Below, one piece after another: positions 50,221 to 61,006 of a stretch of 64,000 nt of DNA (position 1 is its first letter; every line of letters begins with the position of its first letter). The position numbers and the translations under genes were made by a program. The stretch is from an uncultured delta proteobacterium (GTDB lineage: Bacteria; Myxococcota; B64-G9), in assembly GCA_963754925.1 (NCBI GenBank), contig CAVWHX010000004.1, positions 640,001 to 704,000 of the forward strand. The letters run 5' to 3'. Below the pieces are notes generated by a model that was given only the letters and a program-made list of their open reading frames with translations, searched no databases and was not told the DNA's origin.

Positions 50221-51699
50221 TTACTTCACTTTCGAACCCTCGACCGGGCCTTCTGTTGTCCCGCCCGTCGTCGCCGCCTTCACGTCAGCCTTCGGCTTCG
50301 TTTCAGCCTCCGCCCGCGCTTTCACGTCTGCGTCGGCTTTTGCTTTTTCGTCAGCTTCCGCCTTTGACGTTGCTTCCGCCTCGGTCCGAGCCTTTTCCTC
50401 GGCTTCTGCCTTGGCCTTGGCTTCGGCTTCGGCCTTTTTGCGAACTGCCTCATCCTCGCGTTGCTTGCGACGCAGGTCATCCTTTACCGAGCGCTCGTGC
50501 TTTTTCCGCGCCTCGTCAAGGTAACGACCCAGCCGTTCGCTTTTCCCCATGATTTTTTCAGAGTTTTCTAAATTTTCAACCGCCAGCGCCAGGCGTTGGG
50601 TTTTTTCATAACCAGGAATCTCGTCGTCAAGATACAACAACCCCAGATTGAAGAACGCACGACCTTCGGTGGAACGTAGCATAAGAACGTGCCGATATGC
50701 CTCCTCGGCCTCCTTGAAGGATTTGTCCCCGCGCAACGCGTTGCCCAAATTGAGGTATGCTTCGACAAATTGGGGAGCCAACGCCACGGCTTTCCGGAAT
50801 GCCTCTGCCGCCCCGGCGAAGTCATGCGCCCGCAACAACATCACCCCAAGATTGTTCTGGGACTCCGCTTGATTTGGATCTAATTCTACCGCCTTCTTGA
50901 AGGCCGCGGTCGCCAAAACCATGTCATCCAGGCTCAGATACACAAAACCCAGCCGGTTAGCGATCACCGGGTTACTCTTGTCAAACTCTTGCGCCTTGAC
51001 CAGAATGCGTTCCGCGAGTTCGTTCTTGCCCTGCTCATAATAGACCTGAGCTAAATTAATACGCGCAGAAACGTTGCGTTCATCGATCGACAAGACACCT
51101 TTGGCTTGCTCGGCGGCTTCGTTGAGTCGCTGTGAGGCTATCAACACCACGGTCAGCTGATTGCGTAAACCGAAATCCTTGGGAGCCACGTGTATGGCCG
51201 AGAGGGCCACGGTTTTGGCGTCGTCAAACTGCAGGGAGCGCAGGTACATATTGGAGAGGTTTATCACGCTCGGAGCATGGGCAGGATACATCCCGAGAGC
51301 CTTTTGATAGGCCTTCATGGCATCAACAAACTTACCCTCCGATTCGCGCAACACCCCGAGGTCGTAGAAGCACTGATAACATCGCGAGTCCCTATCAATA
51401 GCCTCGTTGATAAGCTGGTGCGCTTTATCTGGATTGGTTGCAGCAACCTCGGCGGCCGACGCCAAAAGATCTGCGTTCTTCTCCCCCAATGGTCGCTCGG
51501 TCGTGGACGGCGGCTGTTCATTACCGGTGGCATTGTTTCCGATAGTTCTATCTTGCTCCGCCAAGGGAGTAACGGCCGCCGGAGCCTGCCCCTGGCCTTT
51601 AAGAGCTGGCAACGGTTCAACGCGTTGGCCGCTGGTTGCAGCGCATCCTTCCCACAGACCTATCAGGCCGCACAGCAGCATGCTCCGCCAAACGATCAT
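50221..51699 (-). CDS. TPR lipoprotein (GltE/AglT-like) with Ala/Lys/Glu-rich tail; start uncertain
   Basis: Lipobox-like WEGC; many TPRs (NNLGVML, YLNLGNALRG, FNLGLLYLD); C-terminal KAEAEAKAKAEAE repeats. Confidence 0.75.
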   Translation of the reverse strand: MIVWRSMLLCGLIGLWEGCAATSGQRVEPLPALKGQGQAPAAVTPLAEQDRTIGNNATGNEQPPSTTERPLGEKNADLLASAAEVAATNPDKAHQLINEAIDRDSRCYQCFYDLGVLRESEGKFVDAMKAYQKALGMYPAHAPSVINLSNMYLRSLQFDDAKTVALSAIHVAPKDFGLRNQLTVVLIASQRLNEAAEQAKGVLSIDERNVSARINLAQVYYEQGKNELAERILVKAQEFDKSNPVIANRLGFVYLSLDDMVLATAAFKKAVELDPNQAESQNNLGVMLLRAHDFAGAAEAFRKAVALAPQFVEAYLNLGNALRGDKSFKEAEEAYRHVLMLRSTEGRAFFNLGLLYLDDEIPGYEKTQRLALAVENLENSEKIMGKSERLGRYLDEARKKHERSVKDDLRRKQREDEAVRKKAEAEAKAKAEAEEKARTEAEATSKAEADEKAKADADVKARAEAETKPKADVKAATTGGTTEGPVEGSKVK

Positions 51700-51874
51700 C
51701 TTGATTGAGCACTTCACGCAACCACTCCCCACGAATCCTCTCGGTTCACTCGCAACGTGATTCTGCGCGGCCCCGTCAATTGTTGAATGATTATTCCACC
51801 GAACGTCATAGGCCCCTTCTCGCAACGTTAATTCTCATGGATTATAACTCATGGTGAACATCAGGGGTATTTTT

Positions 51875-54800
51875 TTATTTCCCCGCGGGCTTGATGCCGC
51901 TTTCAACCACCTTGAGCATTGGCTGCGCCCCGAATCGATCAACAACGAGCGCCGCTTCCGGCTCCTTCTGCAAAGGATAGGTTAAGGGATCCAGCCGGTT
52001 AAGGCTTTCCATAGTTTTTTGGGTCCATTCGTTGGCGAGCGTAAAGGTCTTGGACTTGGATAGGGTTTCTTCAAATGCCACGATGGCTAGTTTGATCCAC
52101 TTCTCAGCCTCTTCTTGAACCTTGCCTTTGTAAACATCGCATGCCTCGTCATCCAGGCCCTTCGGGCAGGGGGCGCTGATCCAACAGTTGGCGTAGTTTT
52201 CGATCAGGTACCCGAGCCGATAGTACGCCGCTAAACTCCATTGGCCTCGCTTGTAGAGCAAGACCGTCTTGTATTTTTCGGAGAGCTTCTTCAATAAGGC
52301 CTCCTTAGCTTTGACGGTATTGAGAAGCTTCTTCTCGGGCACATCGAACGTGATGCTCTCGTACCCTTTCAACTCTGCTTCGGCAAGGTGGAATGCGGAT
52401 TTAGCGGCACCTTCGGCGGCCAACCCGCCCGCGGTACCGACCGCTAATTTGGATGCATTGAACTGTTTGATGGTCTCCTCGTAGCCCTGCCGTGCCCGAT
52501 TTTGATCTCCGAGTTCCTGATAGGCCTCAGCGATTTTCATCTGGGCCTGGACTATCCGCCCTTTTTCGGAGTCGCTATGACGATACGCTTGAATAAACCG
52601 GGTAAAGACGACGATGACATTTTTCCAGTCTTTGTGGCGTTCGAGCACCAGACCTGCACGGAAGAAATTTTCAGCCGCGTCCGGCCAATCTTTAAAGGTT
52701 GTCGCGTACCGTTCATACTCTTTGGAGGCGCGTTCGTATTGCTGATCGCCCTCCAAATCCACGGCCGCGTTGTAGAGCGCATCCGCTCTAAACTGCGACC
52801 CGGCGTATCCGTCCACGAGTTTGAGATAACTGTCAACGGCCTTCTGGAACTGGAAGCTCGCGTCGGCGCTCTGCGCAACCATGTACAAGGCTTTGTCGGC
52901 GAATTTACTCTTCGGGTATTCCGCCACGATACGTTCAAAGATTTCACCCGCGGCCACGGGACGATTGGACCACGTATAACACACGGCGGCGTTGTTGAGA
53001 GCTGCGTCGGCATCTTTATTGGTAGCCTCATCGCGGACCAAGCGCACGAATTCTTCCGCCGCCGCATCCAGCGCGGCTTCGGCCTCACCCTGCTGGCCCT
53101 TGTCGCGCAGGTCGCTACCGGTCTTCATCAAGCCTTCTGCCTTCTTAAACGCGCCCCGAGCTCGATGCCCTTGAGCTCCTGGCGCTGCTGCGCGTTGCGC
53201 GTGAGCGTGGCCAGCCGCTTGCTCCATTGCTCGACTTGGATCCAATCGTCGGACGCAAGGTAACTCTCAACGATAAGGTTGATGCTTGACGTCAGCACAT
53301 CCTCGTTTTTTGTTTCAGCAACCAATTTTGTCAGGCGCTCGCGCGCTTGATCGAGTTGATCATAGGCATAGAAGATTTGCGCGGCGCGCAATGCCAGGTG
53401 GGGCGTTTGTTCGTCTAAAGGCAACTTCTCGGCGTAGGCGTCCGCGGCTGCCACAAACTTCAGAAGCAACTCGGGTATCGGCCGGGCCTTGAGCTCAAGA
53501 TCTTTGGGCCGAGTGGTTTTGGTGTAGATTTTCAACGGGGGCAGGGCGCCTCCGCTCTCGGCTGCTTTGATTAAATTATTGTAAGAATCCACCACCCCAT
53601 AGGCCGATTCGACCACATGCGAGGTGCCCGCCGCGCTGTCGCGCACCTCGGTATAAACGTCGGCAGCTTTCGCATATTGCTTCGAGTAGTAATAGCACTC
53701 AGCCAGATAAAATGTCCGATCGTAGGCGTTGCGCGTCCCCGGGAAGCGTTTGAGGTAATCGCTGTAGGCATCGGCCGCCAGGGTATACTCACGCAGGGCG
53801 TCGTCGGGGCGATTTTGGCGGTACCGCTGCGCGAGCATGTGATGGCGCACCGCCGCTTCTTCCAAGGCATTCTCGGTGAATTTGTCAGCCTGATGCACGG
53901 CATCGGGGTTCTCTTGATTAGCCTTACGCCAGACCGATTCGGGACCAAAAAGCTTTACCAGTTCCTCGCGCGCCTTGTTGGCGTCGTCGTCCTGGTGCAA
54001 GCGTAAATAGCTGTCAATGACGCTCGTCATCAATGTGGGATTGATCGGATCGGTCGGCGCCATTTTCAGCGCCGCGCGGTTGGCCTCGATCGACTTTTGA
54101 TATTTGGCGTCGATGAAGAATAGCTCACCCAACTTGCGGTAGAACTCACCCTCGTATTTGCGCCCACCAAGCCTCTTGAAAAATAGCTTGGCGTTTTCAA
54201 CTCCCGAGTGGTCCCACGAGTCTTCGGTGAAACTGATCGCGAGATATTGCATAGCCTCGGCGCGAAGCTCCGACTTCGAGACATCGCCTTCCTTCTTTTC
54301 GGCATCTGCGTTGTCTGCCCAAGTGATCAACTGATCAAAACGGTCAACGGCTTCGTCAAAGCGATCGACCTTATAATAGGTCCAGGCCAACTTATAGAGT
54401 GCCTTGTCATACAATGGACTCTTCGGATAGGCCAGTACCTGTTGGTAGGCATTGATAGCTTGGTCGAGCTTGTTTGGGTTTTCGAAATATGACTCACCGA
54501 GGCGAGTCCACACGTCCGGTAGCAGCTTGCTCTTGGGGAAACGATCGACGAATGACACCCATAGGTCCTGGGCTTCGTCAGGTTCACCCTGCTCTTGGAG
54601 ACAATACGCGAGAAGATAATACGCTCCGTCAAGCAAACGATAGGTCGGAAACTCCTGGGTCAAGCGTTGCAACAACGACACCGTCTTCTCATAGTGATAG
54701 TCCGGAGGGGTGGGCTCGACCTTACGCACGCCGCTGCTAAACTCTTTAAGTGCCTTTTGAAAGGCAGCATTATCCGCCGTATATTCCAGCTCTGACTTTT

Positions 54801-55275
54801 CGAAATACAAATCAGCCAGGCGCCATAACGCGGACGGCGTATAGTTGGTCTCATAGGGGTACTTTTCAAGAAACTTTTCATAAATCTCAATTGCTTCTCT
54901 TCGGCGTTCGTCGACATCCTTCTCCAATCCGGTAATACTGCTCTCAAATGAGCGCATGACCGAATTACGCTGTTCGTTATACTTGCGCTCGATGAATTGC
55001 TGAACCTCTTTTTTGTATTCCTTGCTTTGTTCCTCGAAGTCCTGCACTACCGATTGCATTTCCTTAAGCTCGCGCTCTTCGGGCGTTTGAACATGAGGTT
55101 TGGCCTCCGGCTGCGGCGCGGACGGCGGCTGTGCCACCGCAGATTCGGGAGAGGCCTGGTTCGACGGTGAGGAAGGAAGCGCATCCCCGGCGCCAAAGGA
55201 AGTCGCCGACAGGGCGACCGTTGCCGCAATCCAGAGAGCCGCCGCAGGTAGCTTATTGGACTTCCTGTAAGACAC
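51875..55275 (-). CDS. Very large TPR protein (GltD/AgmU-like), apparent frameshift near 53149
   Basis: Signal peptide; ALWRLADLYFE, YDKALYKLAWTYYK, LRAEAMQYLAISF; the second ORF ends WSLAAYYRLG...NEWTQKTMESLNRLDP. One missing T joins the two ORFs. Confidence 0.78.
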
Positions 55276-57754
55276 TATTATACTCCTCACGCAGTCGTCT
55301 ATTTTCGGCCGACTGTTGCTTGCTCAGCTCCTCAATCTTTTGGTTTTTCTCTCGCTTCCGGCTCCAGGCCACATCCAGCAGACCTACATCTGCCTCAAGC
55401 ACTAACTGGTAGAATTTTTGGCGCACATCCTGGAGCACGCGGAACGTCACCTCACCCGCCAAGTTTTTGCTTTCGCCCTCAAGTTTAGCCAGCGCTTTCT
55501 CGAACTGCGTGAGGTTGTTTTCCTCTTGTTGAACTCGCTTCTCATGTTCACCCGATCGCTCGGCCACCCGTTCTTCAAGTTTGCGCTGTATAACCTGGAG
55601 TTTCTGCTGTAGTCGGTCGCTGCGTAACCGCAGATCGTCGATGCGCGCAACTTGGGCTGCACCTTGCGGCCCTAAACGACTACGAATTTGCTCGGCGAGA
55701 TTGCGCTCCTTTTCTAAGGCTTCGGTATAGTTCCAACGGATTTGACCCTCACGGGAGATAGCCTCGCTGTCGAGTCCGGCACGTGTCTTCTCGGTGGAGA
55801 GCTGATTGCCGAGTGTGTCAAGTTCGGATTGCAACTGGTTGGCTATGGCCCAGCCACTCCGGAGCTCCTCGCGGAAGTCGCGCACGGCGTCCTCGCGCCC
55901 AACCAATTCATGTTCGTGCGCCTGGATCCATTCCTCCATGGCGCTGAGTTGCGCTTTCATGCCCTTCAGCCCGACACCGGAATCATACACCGACTGCTGA
56001 AGCAATTCGATGCGCTGCCTAATCCGCTCGTCGCGGTTTTGAGAATCTTTGGGGGTCGTTGGCAGGTTCTTAATGGCCTGCTCGAGGTCCTCGCGCTCCT
56101 TGCGGGCCTGGGTGAATTTTTGGCGCTCAGCCTCTGAAAGTTTCTCGTTGATAATCCGCTCTTCCAAAAAGGTAAAGCTGCGTTCGAGGAGCACGCGCGC
56201 GTTCTCAACCTCGATCGTGTGCACGGCGCCCTCGCGCAAGGCTGGGAATAAACTGATGCGATCGGTAGCGTTCTGGAGTAGTTCTTTAATCTTCGCCAAC
56301 AACGATCGGGACTCGGCCACATAGGTGCGACCGGCATCAATATCTTTCATGACCCCCAACGCCACCTTGATGTCGTCTTGGTTGGTCATCCATTTTACCG
56401 CGAGCGGGGGAAGATACGTTGCAAGGTCGAAAGAGTCGAGGTTTTTGCCGGCAACCTCGTTAAAGTAACGCACCGGATCGGCATGTTGCACAACCAACTG
56501 ATCCAGGTCTTGCTTCACCGTTGAGTAGGTCTGGCCTACTTCAGTGTATGCTTTGCTGGCCTCTTCAAATTTGCCGGTTTTCTCGAGTATATGGGCGCGG
56601 AGTAAGGCAGCCTTTGGCACCAGGGTGCTGTTTGGGGTGGAGACCTCAAGAATTTCAAGGGTGCGAAAGGCCTTCTCAAACCACATGTTCTGGTCTTCGG
56701 GCTTCTCGGAACGCTCTGCCCATTGAATATATGTCCAACAAATTTCGAATAATGCGTCGTCGAAATAGGGCGAGTTGTGATCAATAGATTGAAAGGCGTC
56801 AATCGCCTCGGCCTCGCGATCAAGATCGTGTAACAACCGGCCTCGGGCCAGGTGGGCGAGCTCCCAAATATCTTTTTCTTGAGTAGTACGAGGAGGTTCG
56901 GCTATCAGCGCAGTAAAAAGATTGAAGGCTTCTTCTAATTTTCCCTGACGGACCTTCAGCACTCCTAAATAATAGCGAGCTTGGAAGAAAAAATGTTGTC
57001 CTGGCCGAAGAGTCGCAAACACCAAGGCTGCTTCGCTCGTACGGTTCCTTAAGAATAGGGTTTTCCCCCAGAGGTATTCGGATTCGGGGGTCATCGTCGA
57101 AGACTCTCGGACAAGTCGGTTGTGGATTTCATCGACCTGTTGAAAATCATTGGTATTGAGCGCGATTTGCATCAGTCGCGCCAGGGATACATCGCGGTAG
57201 GGCCGGGCGTTAGGGTCCTCGGTTACCAGCCGATAGTACTGGCGGGCTTCTATATAATTCCGACTATAAAAGAGTGCCTCGGCCAGATTAAATAAGGCTT
57301 CAGGATAATTCGGTCGGTTGCGATTACGCTGATTGTCGACGAGGTCATAAAACACTACGGCGGCTCGCAAGTAATCCTTGAGAATCATCAAAGATTGACC
57401 ATCGGTCAGGCGCGATTCAAAATCTCCTTCAATTGAGGACTTTTCATCAAAGTTAATATACTCCTGCTCGATTAAGGAGGCCTTGTCCTCGAGTAATCGC
57501 ATTTCCTTTTCGGCTGAAATAAGCTCTTCATCGAGAGCGGCACGGGCCTGCCCGGTAACGCCTAAAAGCACAAGCAAGCCCACGACCGAAGCTTTCCACC
57601 ACGCACCATAGGCTCGGCCAGCCCCTGTCAGGGACAAGAGGCTGTCCCGAGGATAAGAGATTGTAAGCCTCGCTTCGCTCGGCAACACTCTCTTATACGC
57701 CTCGCTTCGCTCGCTACAGTCTCTAAGACTTTGATTCGAATCTTTACACCTCAC
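55253..57754 (-). CDS. Secreted TPR/coiled-coil protein (Glt-cluster associated)
   Basis: GTG start overlaps the upstream stop, with AGGAG 5 nt upstream; TPRs; ends FYQLVLEADVGLLDVAW. Confidence 0.75.
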   Translation of the reverse strand: MRCKDSNQSLRDCSERSEAYKRVLPSEARLTISYPRDSLLSLTGAGRAYGAWWKASVVGLLVLLGVTGQARAALDEELISAEKEMRLLEDKASLIEQEYINFDEKSSIEGDFESRLTDGQSLMILKDYLRAAVVFYDLVDNQRNRNRPNYPEALFNLAEALFYSRNYIEARQYYRLVTEDPNARPYRDVSLARLMQIALNTNDFQQVDEIHNRLVRESSTMTPESEYLWGKTLFLRNRTSEAALVFATLRPGQHFFFQARYYLGVLKVRQGKLEEAFNLFTALIAEPPRTTQEKDIWELAHLARGRLLHDLDREAEAIDAFQSIDHNSPYFDDALFEICWTYIQWAERSEKPEDQNMWFEKAFRTLEILEVSTPNSTLVPKAALLRAHILEKTGKFEEASKAYTEVGQTYSTVKQDLDQLVVQHADPVRYFNEVAGKNLDSFDLATYLPPLAVKWMTNQDDIKVALGVMKDIDAGRTYVAESRSLLAKIKELLQNATDRISLFPALREGAVHTIEVENARVLLERSFTFLEERIINEKLSEAERQKFTQARKEREDLEQAIKNLPTTPKDSQNRDERIRQRIELLQQSVYDSGVGLKGMKAQLSAMEEWIQAHEHELVGREDAVRDFREELRSGWAIANQLQSELDTLGNQLSTEKTRAGLDSEAISREGQIRWNYTEALEKERNLAEQIRSRLGPQGAAQVARIDDLRLRSDRLQQKLQVIQRKLEERVAERSGEHEKRVQQEENNLTQFEKALAKLEGESKNLAGEVTFRVLQDVRQKFYQLVLEADVGLLDVAWSRKREKNQKIEELSKQQSAENRRLREEYNSVLQEVQ
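57631..57724. repeat. Palindromic repeat family, nested copy inside a coding region
   Basis: Outer arms AGAGGCTGT...ACAGTCTCT enclose inner arms ATAAGAGATTGT...ACACTCTCTTAT; two CCTCGCTTCGCTCG loops. Confidence 0.8.
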
Positions 57755-58594
57755 CCGGGCTCCTGCGTTTTGGCAGACTCCGGAGTTTTGCCGGGCTCTG
57801 CAGAGTTTTCGGAATCTTGCGATTTCTCTTGCAGCGATTTTGCACGTTCTGGGGTGAGTTTTTGGATTTGAATATCGTATCTGACAGCCGGGCGGTCTTC
57901 GAGAGAAACGGTGATCCCCCCACGTTCAAATCCAACAATTTTCACTATGATAATCTTGCCTTCCTCGGCGGTGAAATTATAGCTGGAGGTCACCTTGATC
58001 TTATATCCCTTCATATATGAAAAGAAAACCATAACCCCGGCCCTGGAAAATCATTTGGACGGCAATGTTATGATTCCCCGGCACAATGTTTCCCGAGTAG
58101 ATTTGTTTTTCATCAATTTTATCGAGATCGCCATCCACATCAACCTTATTAAAGATCGGAGCGGTATCGAGCGCATACTGTACCGATAGCAGCTTGAAGG
58201 CCCCACCCATTTCGTTGCGATGAATCAGCACTGCCCGGGCACCCATGCCGATCGAGCCGCTCACCACCGTCTCCTGCAATTGCAGGATGCGAGCTTTAGT
58301 CCTAAAAATCTTCTCCTTAAGCTGGTTAACTCTTTCCTCTAAACCACGGAGCTTGAGTTCGTATGCCTGGTCGGCGGTGCTCGGAGGGGCAGGTGACTTA
58401 GTTTCGGCTGGCGTCGTGGCCGGACTTCCGGAGGGTGCCGCTTTCGGCACAGAAGTCGATTCTCCCCCGGATGGTGTCTCTTCTCCTTGGGGAGCAGGCG
58501 CCGGCGCAACCGATGGTTGTTGCGCTGCGGCCGAAAACGCAACAATACCTACCAACGTAAAAAACAAGCATTCTCGTCTGTGACATTTTCTCAT
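57751..58594 (-). CDS. Secreted coiled-coil/beta-sandwich hypothetical protein downstream of mglA (apparent frameshift near 58027)
   Basis: Signal peptide; Pro/Ala linker; LRGLEERVNQLKEKIFRTKARILQLQETV; HRNEMG; GRGYG; then FSYMKGYKIKVTSSYNF...EDRPAVRY in another frame. Confidence 0.72.
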
Positions 58595-58819
58595 CTGGCG
58601 GCCTCCCCGCCGTAACTGAAACATTCGGCTTAAAAACCCCGGTATAATTTTATTCGGAGCGACACTCAAGTAATTTACCCGTTATTCTTGTTATAACAAG
58701 TTTCTTTTTCAGTCAACGCTTTTTTTCCTGGCTGTAACCTTACAATATCACCACCCGCCAGAAATGTTATTCGAAAAGTACTGCGAATAATTGCGGATAA
58801 AAAAACCTCCGCTCCTCGA

Positions 58820-59407
58820 CTAGCGACCCTTGCGTAACTCCTGGAGAACCAATTTGGCGATAGCCTTGAGAGTATCAAAGACCCCCCAACCGGTCGATGC
58901 GATGGCTTGAAATTCTGAGATTCCCTCGGCATTGAGCAGCCGATGGAGTTCTTCGACAGTGGCGACATTGGGGAGATCTCGTTTATTGAACTGCATCACA
59001 TAGGGAACCGTCTTGAGATCATATCCTTGCTCGGCCAAATTTACCCGAAGGTTTTCCATACTCTCGAGGTTGGCTTCCATACGCTCGATCTGTGAATCAG
59101 CGACGAACACCACCCCATCGACCCCTTTGAGAATAAGCTTGCGGCTGGCGTCGTAGAATACCTGACCAGGGACCGTATAGAGGTGGAATCGAGTCTTGAA
59201 CCCTCGAATCTCACCCAGGCTCAGGGGGAGGAAGTCAAAGAACAACGTGCGTTCGGTCTCGGTGGCCAATGAGATCATCTTACCCTTGGCCTCGGGATTG
59301 GTCTTACTATAGATGTATTGGAGGTTCGTGGTTTTCCCGCATAAGCCGGGCCCGTAATAGACTATTTTACAATTGATCTCGCGTGAGGAGTAGTTAATAA
59401 AGGACAT
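58820..59407 (-). CDS. mglA: Ras-like small GTPase MglA
   Basis: [53 protein letters not shown]. Confidence 0.98.
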   Translation of the reverse strand: MSFINYSSREINCKIVYYGPGLCGKTTNLQYIYSKTNPEAKGKMISLATETERTLFFDFLPLSLGEIRGFKTRFHLYTVPGQVFYDASRKLILKGVDGVVFVADSQIERMEANLESMENLRVNLAEQGYDLKTVPYVMQFNKRDLPNVATVEELHRLLNAEGISEFQAIASTGWGVFDTLKAIAKLVLQELRKGR

Positions 59408-59525
59408 ATCAGCCCTCTGTTACTCGCGGGTATTCTGTATGGTTATGACCTGCTTTGGTACCGTGACAATTTTCGATATTCATGCCGGTCAAACACCAGT
59501 GTTATGCCCCACCAGCAGTGGGGAG

Positions 59526-60008
59526 CTAGTCACTAAAAAGATTATCGATGTCCTCGTCTGTGATCTCCGCAAACGGAGAGCCTGCCCGAGGATCTTCTAT
59601 TTTACGTAGCAATCCTTCAAAGATTCCCGCCAATTCATTCGTTGCTTTCTTAACCCGCAACCGCACCAGGCCTAACGAGGACCGGTTATCGAAGATGACC
59701 ACGAGAATAACCCGACTCGCCACAATTGAGATGTGGAGGTTATCGCGCTCGCCCTCGTGAAAGAGGATCGAGAACTCTTTTTCACCAATCAGTTTGGCCA
59801 ACCCGCCCGTGGCTGCAATGTTGCCGGCGGTCAATGAGGCGAGCGAGGTCGTGTCAAGATGCTCCGTTTGGCCGGCGCTGGCGATCAGCTGACCGTTTTT
59901 ATCGACTAAAAATACGACCTTTGCATTAGACTCACGACAGAGTCGGTCGCAGATGGCGGTGATCTGGTTGAACTCCGCTTCGTACATTACCATCTGAGGA
60001 CTGACCAT
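59526..60008 (-). CDS. mglB: Roadblock/LC7 GAP MglB
   Basis: NAKVVFLVDKNGQLI, DTTSLASLTAGNIAATGGLAKLIGE, SLGLVRLRVKKA, EITDEDIDNLF. Confidence 0.97.
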   Translation of the reverse strand: MVSPQMVMYEAEFNQITAICDRLCRESNAKVVFLVDKNGQLIASAGQTEHLDTTSLASLTAGNIAATGGLAKLIGEKEFSILFHEGERDNLHISIVASRVILVVIFDNRSSLGLVRLRVKKATNELAGIFEGLLRKIEDPRAGSPFAEITDEDIDNLFSD

Positions 60009-60393
60009 AAATCCCCTCCTCCGATCCGGCCCACTCTCACCACCAGGAGCTGCGATTTGCAAGAGATTGTAGTAAACAAAGCGTTGCGTACAAACTCTTG
60101 TTCCTGAGGGCTTGTCAATCTCAATTGCAGCTTATTCGCCACACTGGTGGAACTTTTCTAATACCACCAAGAGTTTTTTAGCGAACCGCTGTCGGAATAT
60201 AGCCCTGGGTCTCGCGAGGTGTCAAGGATTTATCATGCCGAAATATCCTTGCCGTTCGTTCGGTTTTCACCATTTCTCTCAGATGTTAGGTCTCTTTTAT
60301 CCCCATATTCTGTTTTGCTTGACATGGTTTGTTGGGGACTGTATGGAAGATCGATCTTTGGCATTGGGTTTCTCAACTGGTATGGAGGCAACG

Positions 60394-60948
60394 ATGTTTG
60401 AGGTCAGGTTTCATGGACGCGGAGGCCAGGGTGCCGTCACCTCTGCAGAGCTTCTGGCCATATCCGCCATCGCCGAGGGTAAGAGCGCCCAAGCTTTTCC
60501 AAGTTTCGGACCGGAGCGCCGCGGCGCACCGGTAATAGCTTTTGCGCGAGTTTCAGATCACCAGATCCGCAACCGCACCGCCATTCAGGAACCCAACGTG
60601 GTGGTGGTGCTCGATCCGTCGCTTCTGCGTCTCGTCAAGGTCGACCAAGGACTGCAAAACGGCGGCGTCATCGTGCTCAATACCGCCAAGCCCGCCGGTG
60701 AGATCCGCAAAACCTTTAGCCTGTCCGCTAAACTTGCCGTGGTTGACGCCAATCGTATCGCCCGCGAAGAGATTGGGCGCGTGATCACCAACACCACCAT
60801 GCTCGGCGCCATGCTGGCGGCCGTCCCGATGGTGACGGTTGCGGAAATCGAACAGGCGCTGAGTAATCGTTTCGGCCGTATCGCCGATAAAAACATCGCC
60901 GCTTTCAGGCGCGCACTGCGCGAGTGCGTCATCTCTGACGTGACCTAA
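60394..60948 (+). CDS. porC: Pyruvate/2-oxoacid:ferredoxin oxidoreductase gamma subunit
   Basis: EVRFHGRGGQGAVT, FPSFGPERRGAPV, NTTMLGA. Confidence 0.92.
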   Translation: MFEVRFHGRGGQGAVTSAELLAISAIAEGKSAQAFPSFGPERRGAPVIAFARVSDHQIRNRTAIQEPNVVVVLDPSLLRLVKVDQGLQNGGVIVLNTAKPAGEIRKTFSLSAKLAVVDANRIAREEIGRVITNTTMLGAMLAAVPMVTVAEIEQALSNRFGRIADKNIAAFRRALRECVISDVT

Positions 60949-61006
60949 GAGTGACATTAAAGGGTATCAACCATGATCTATTCATCAGCAGCGCGGAGGT
61001 GAATAT

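Noticed and set aside
60112..60393. 94-aa N-terminal extension of the POR gamma subunit
   Set aside because: The family start MFEVRFHG at 60394 has a GGAGG RBS; the upstream stretch is the AT-richer divergent promoter region shared with mglB.
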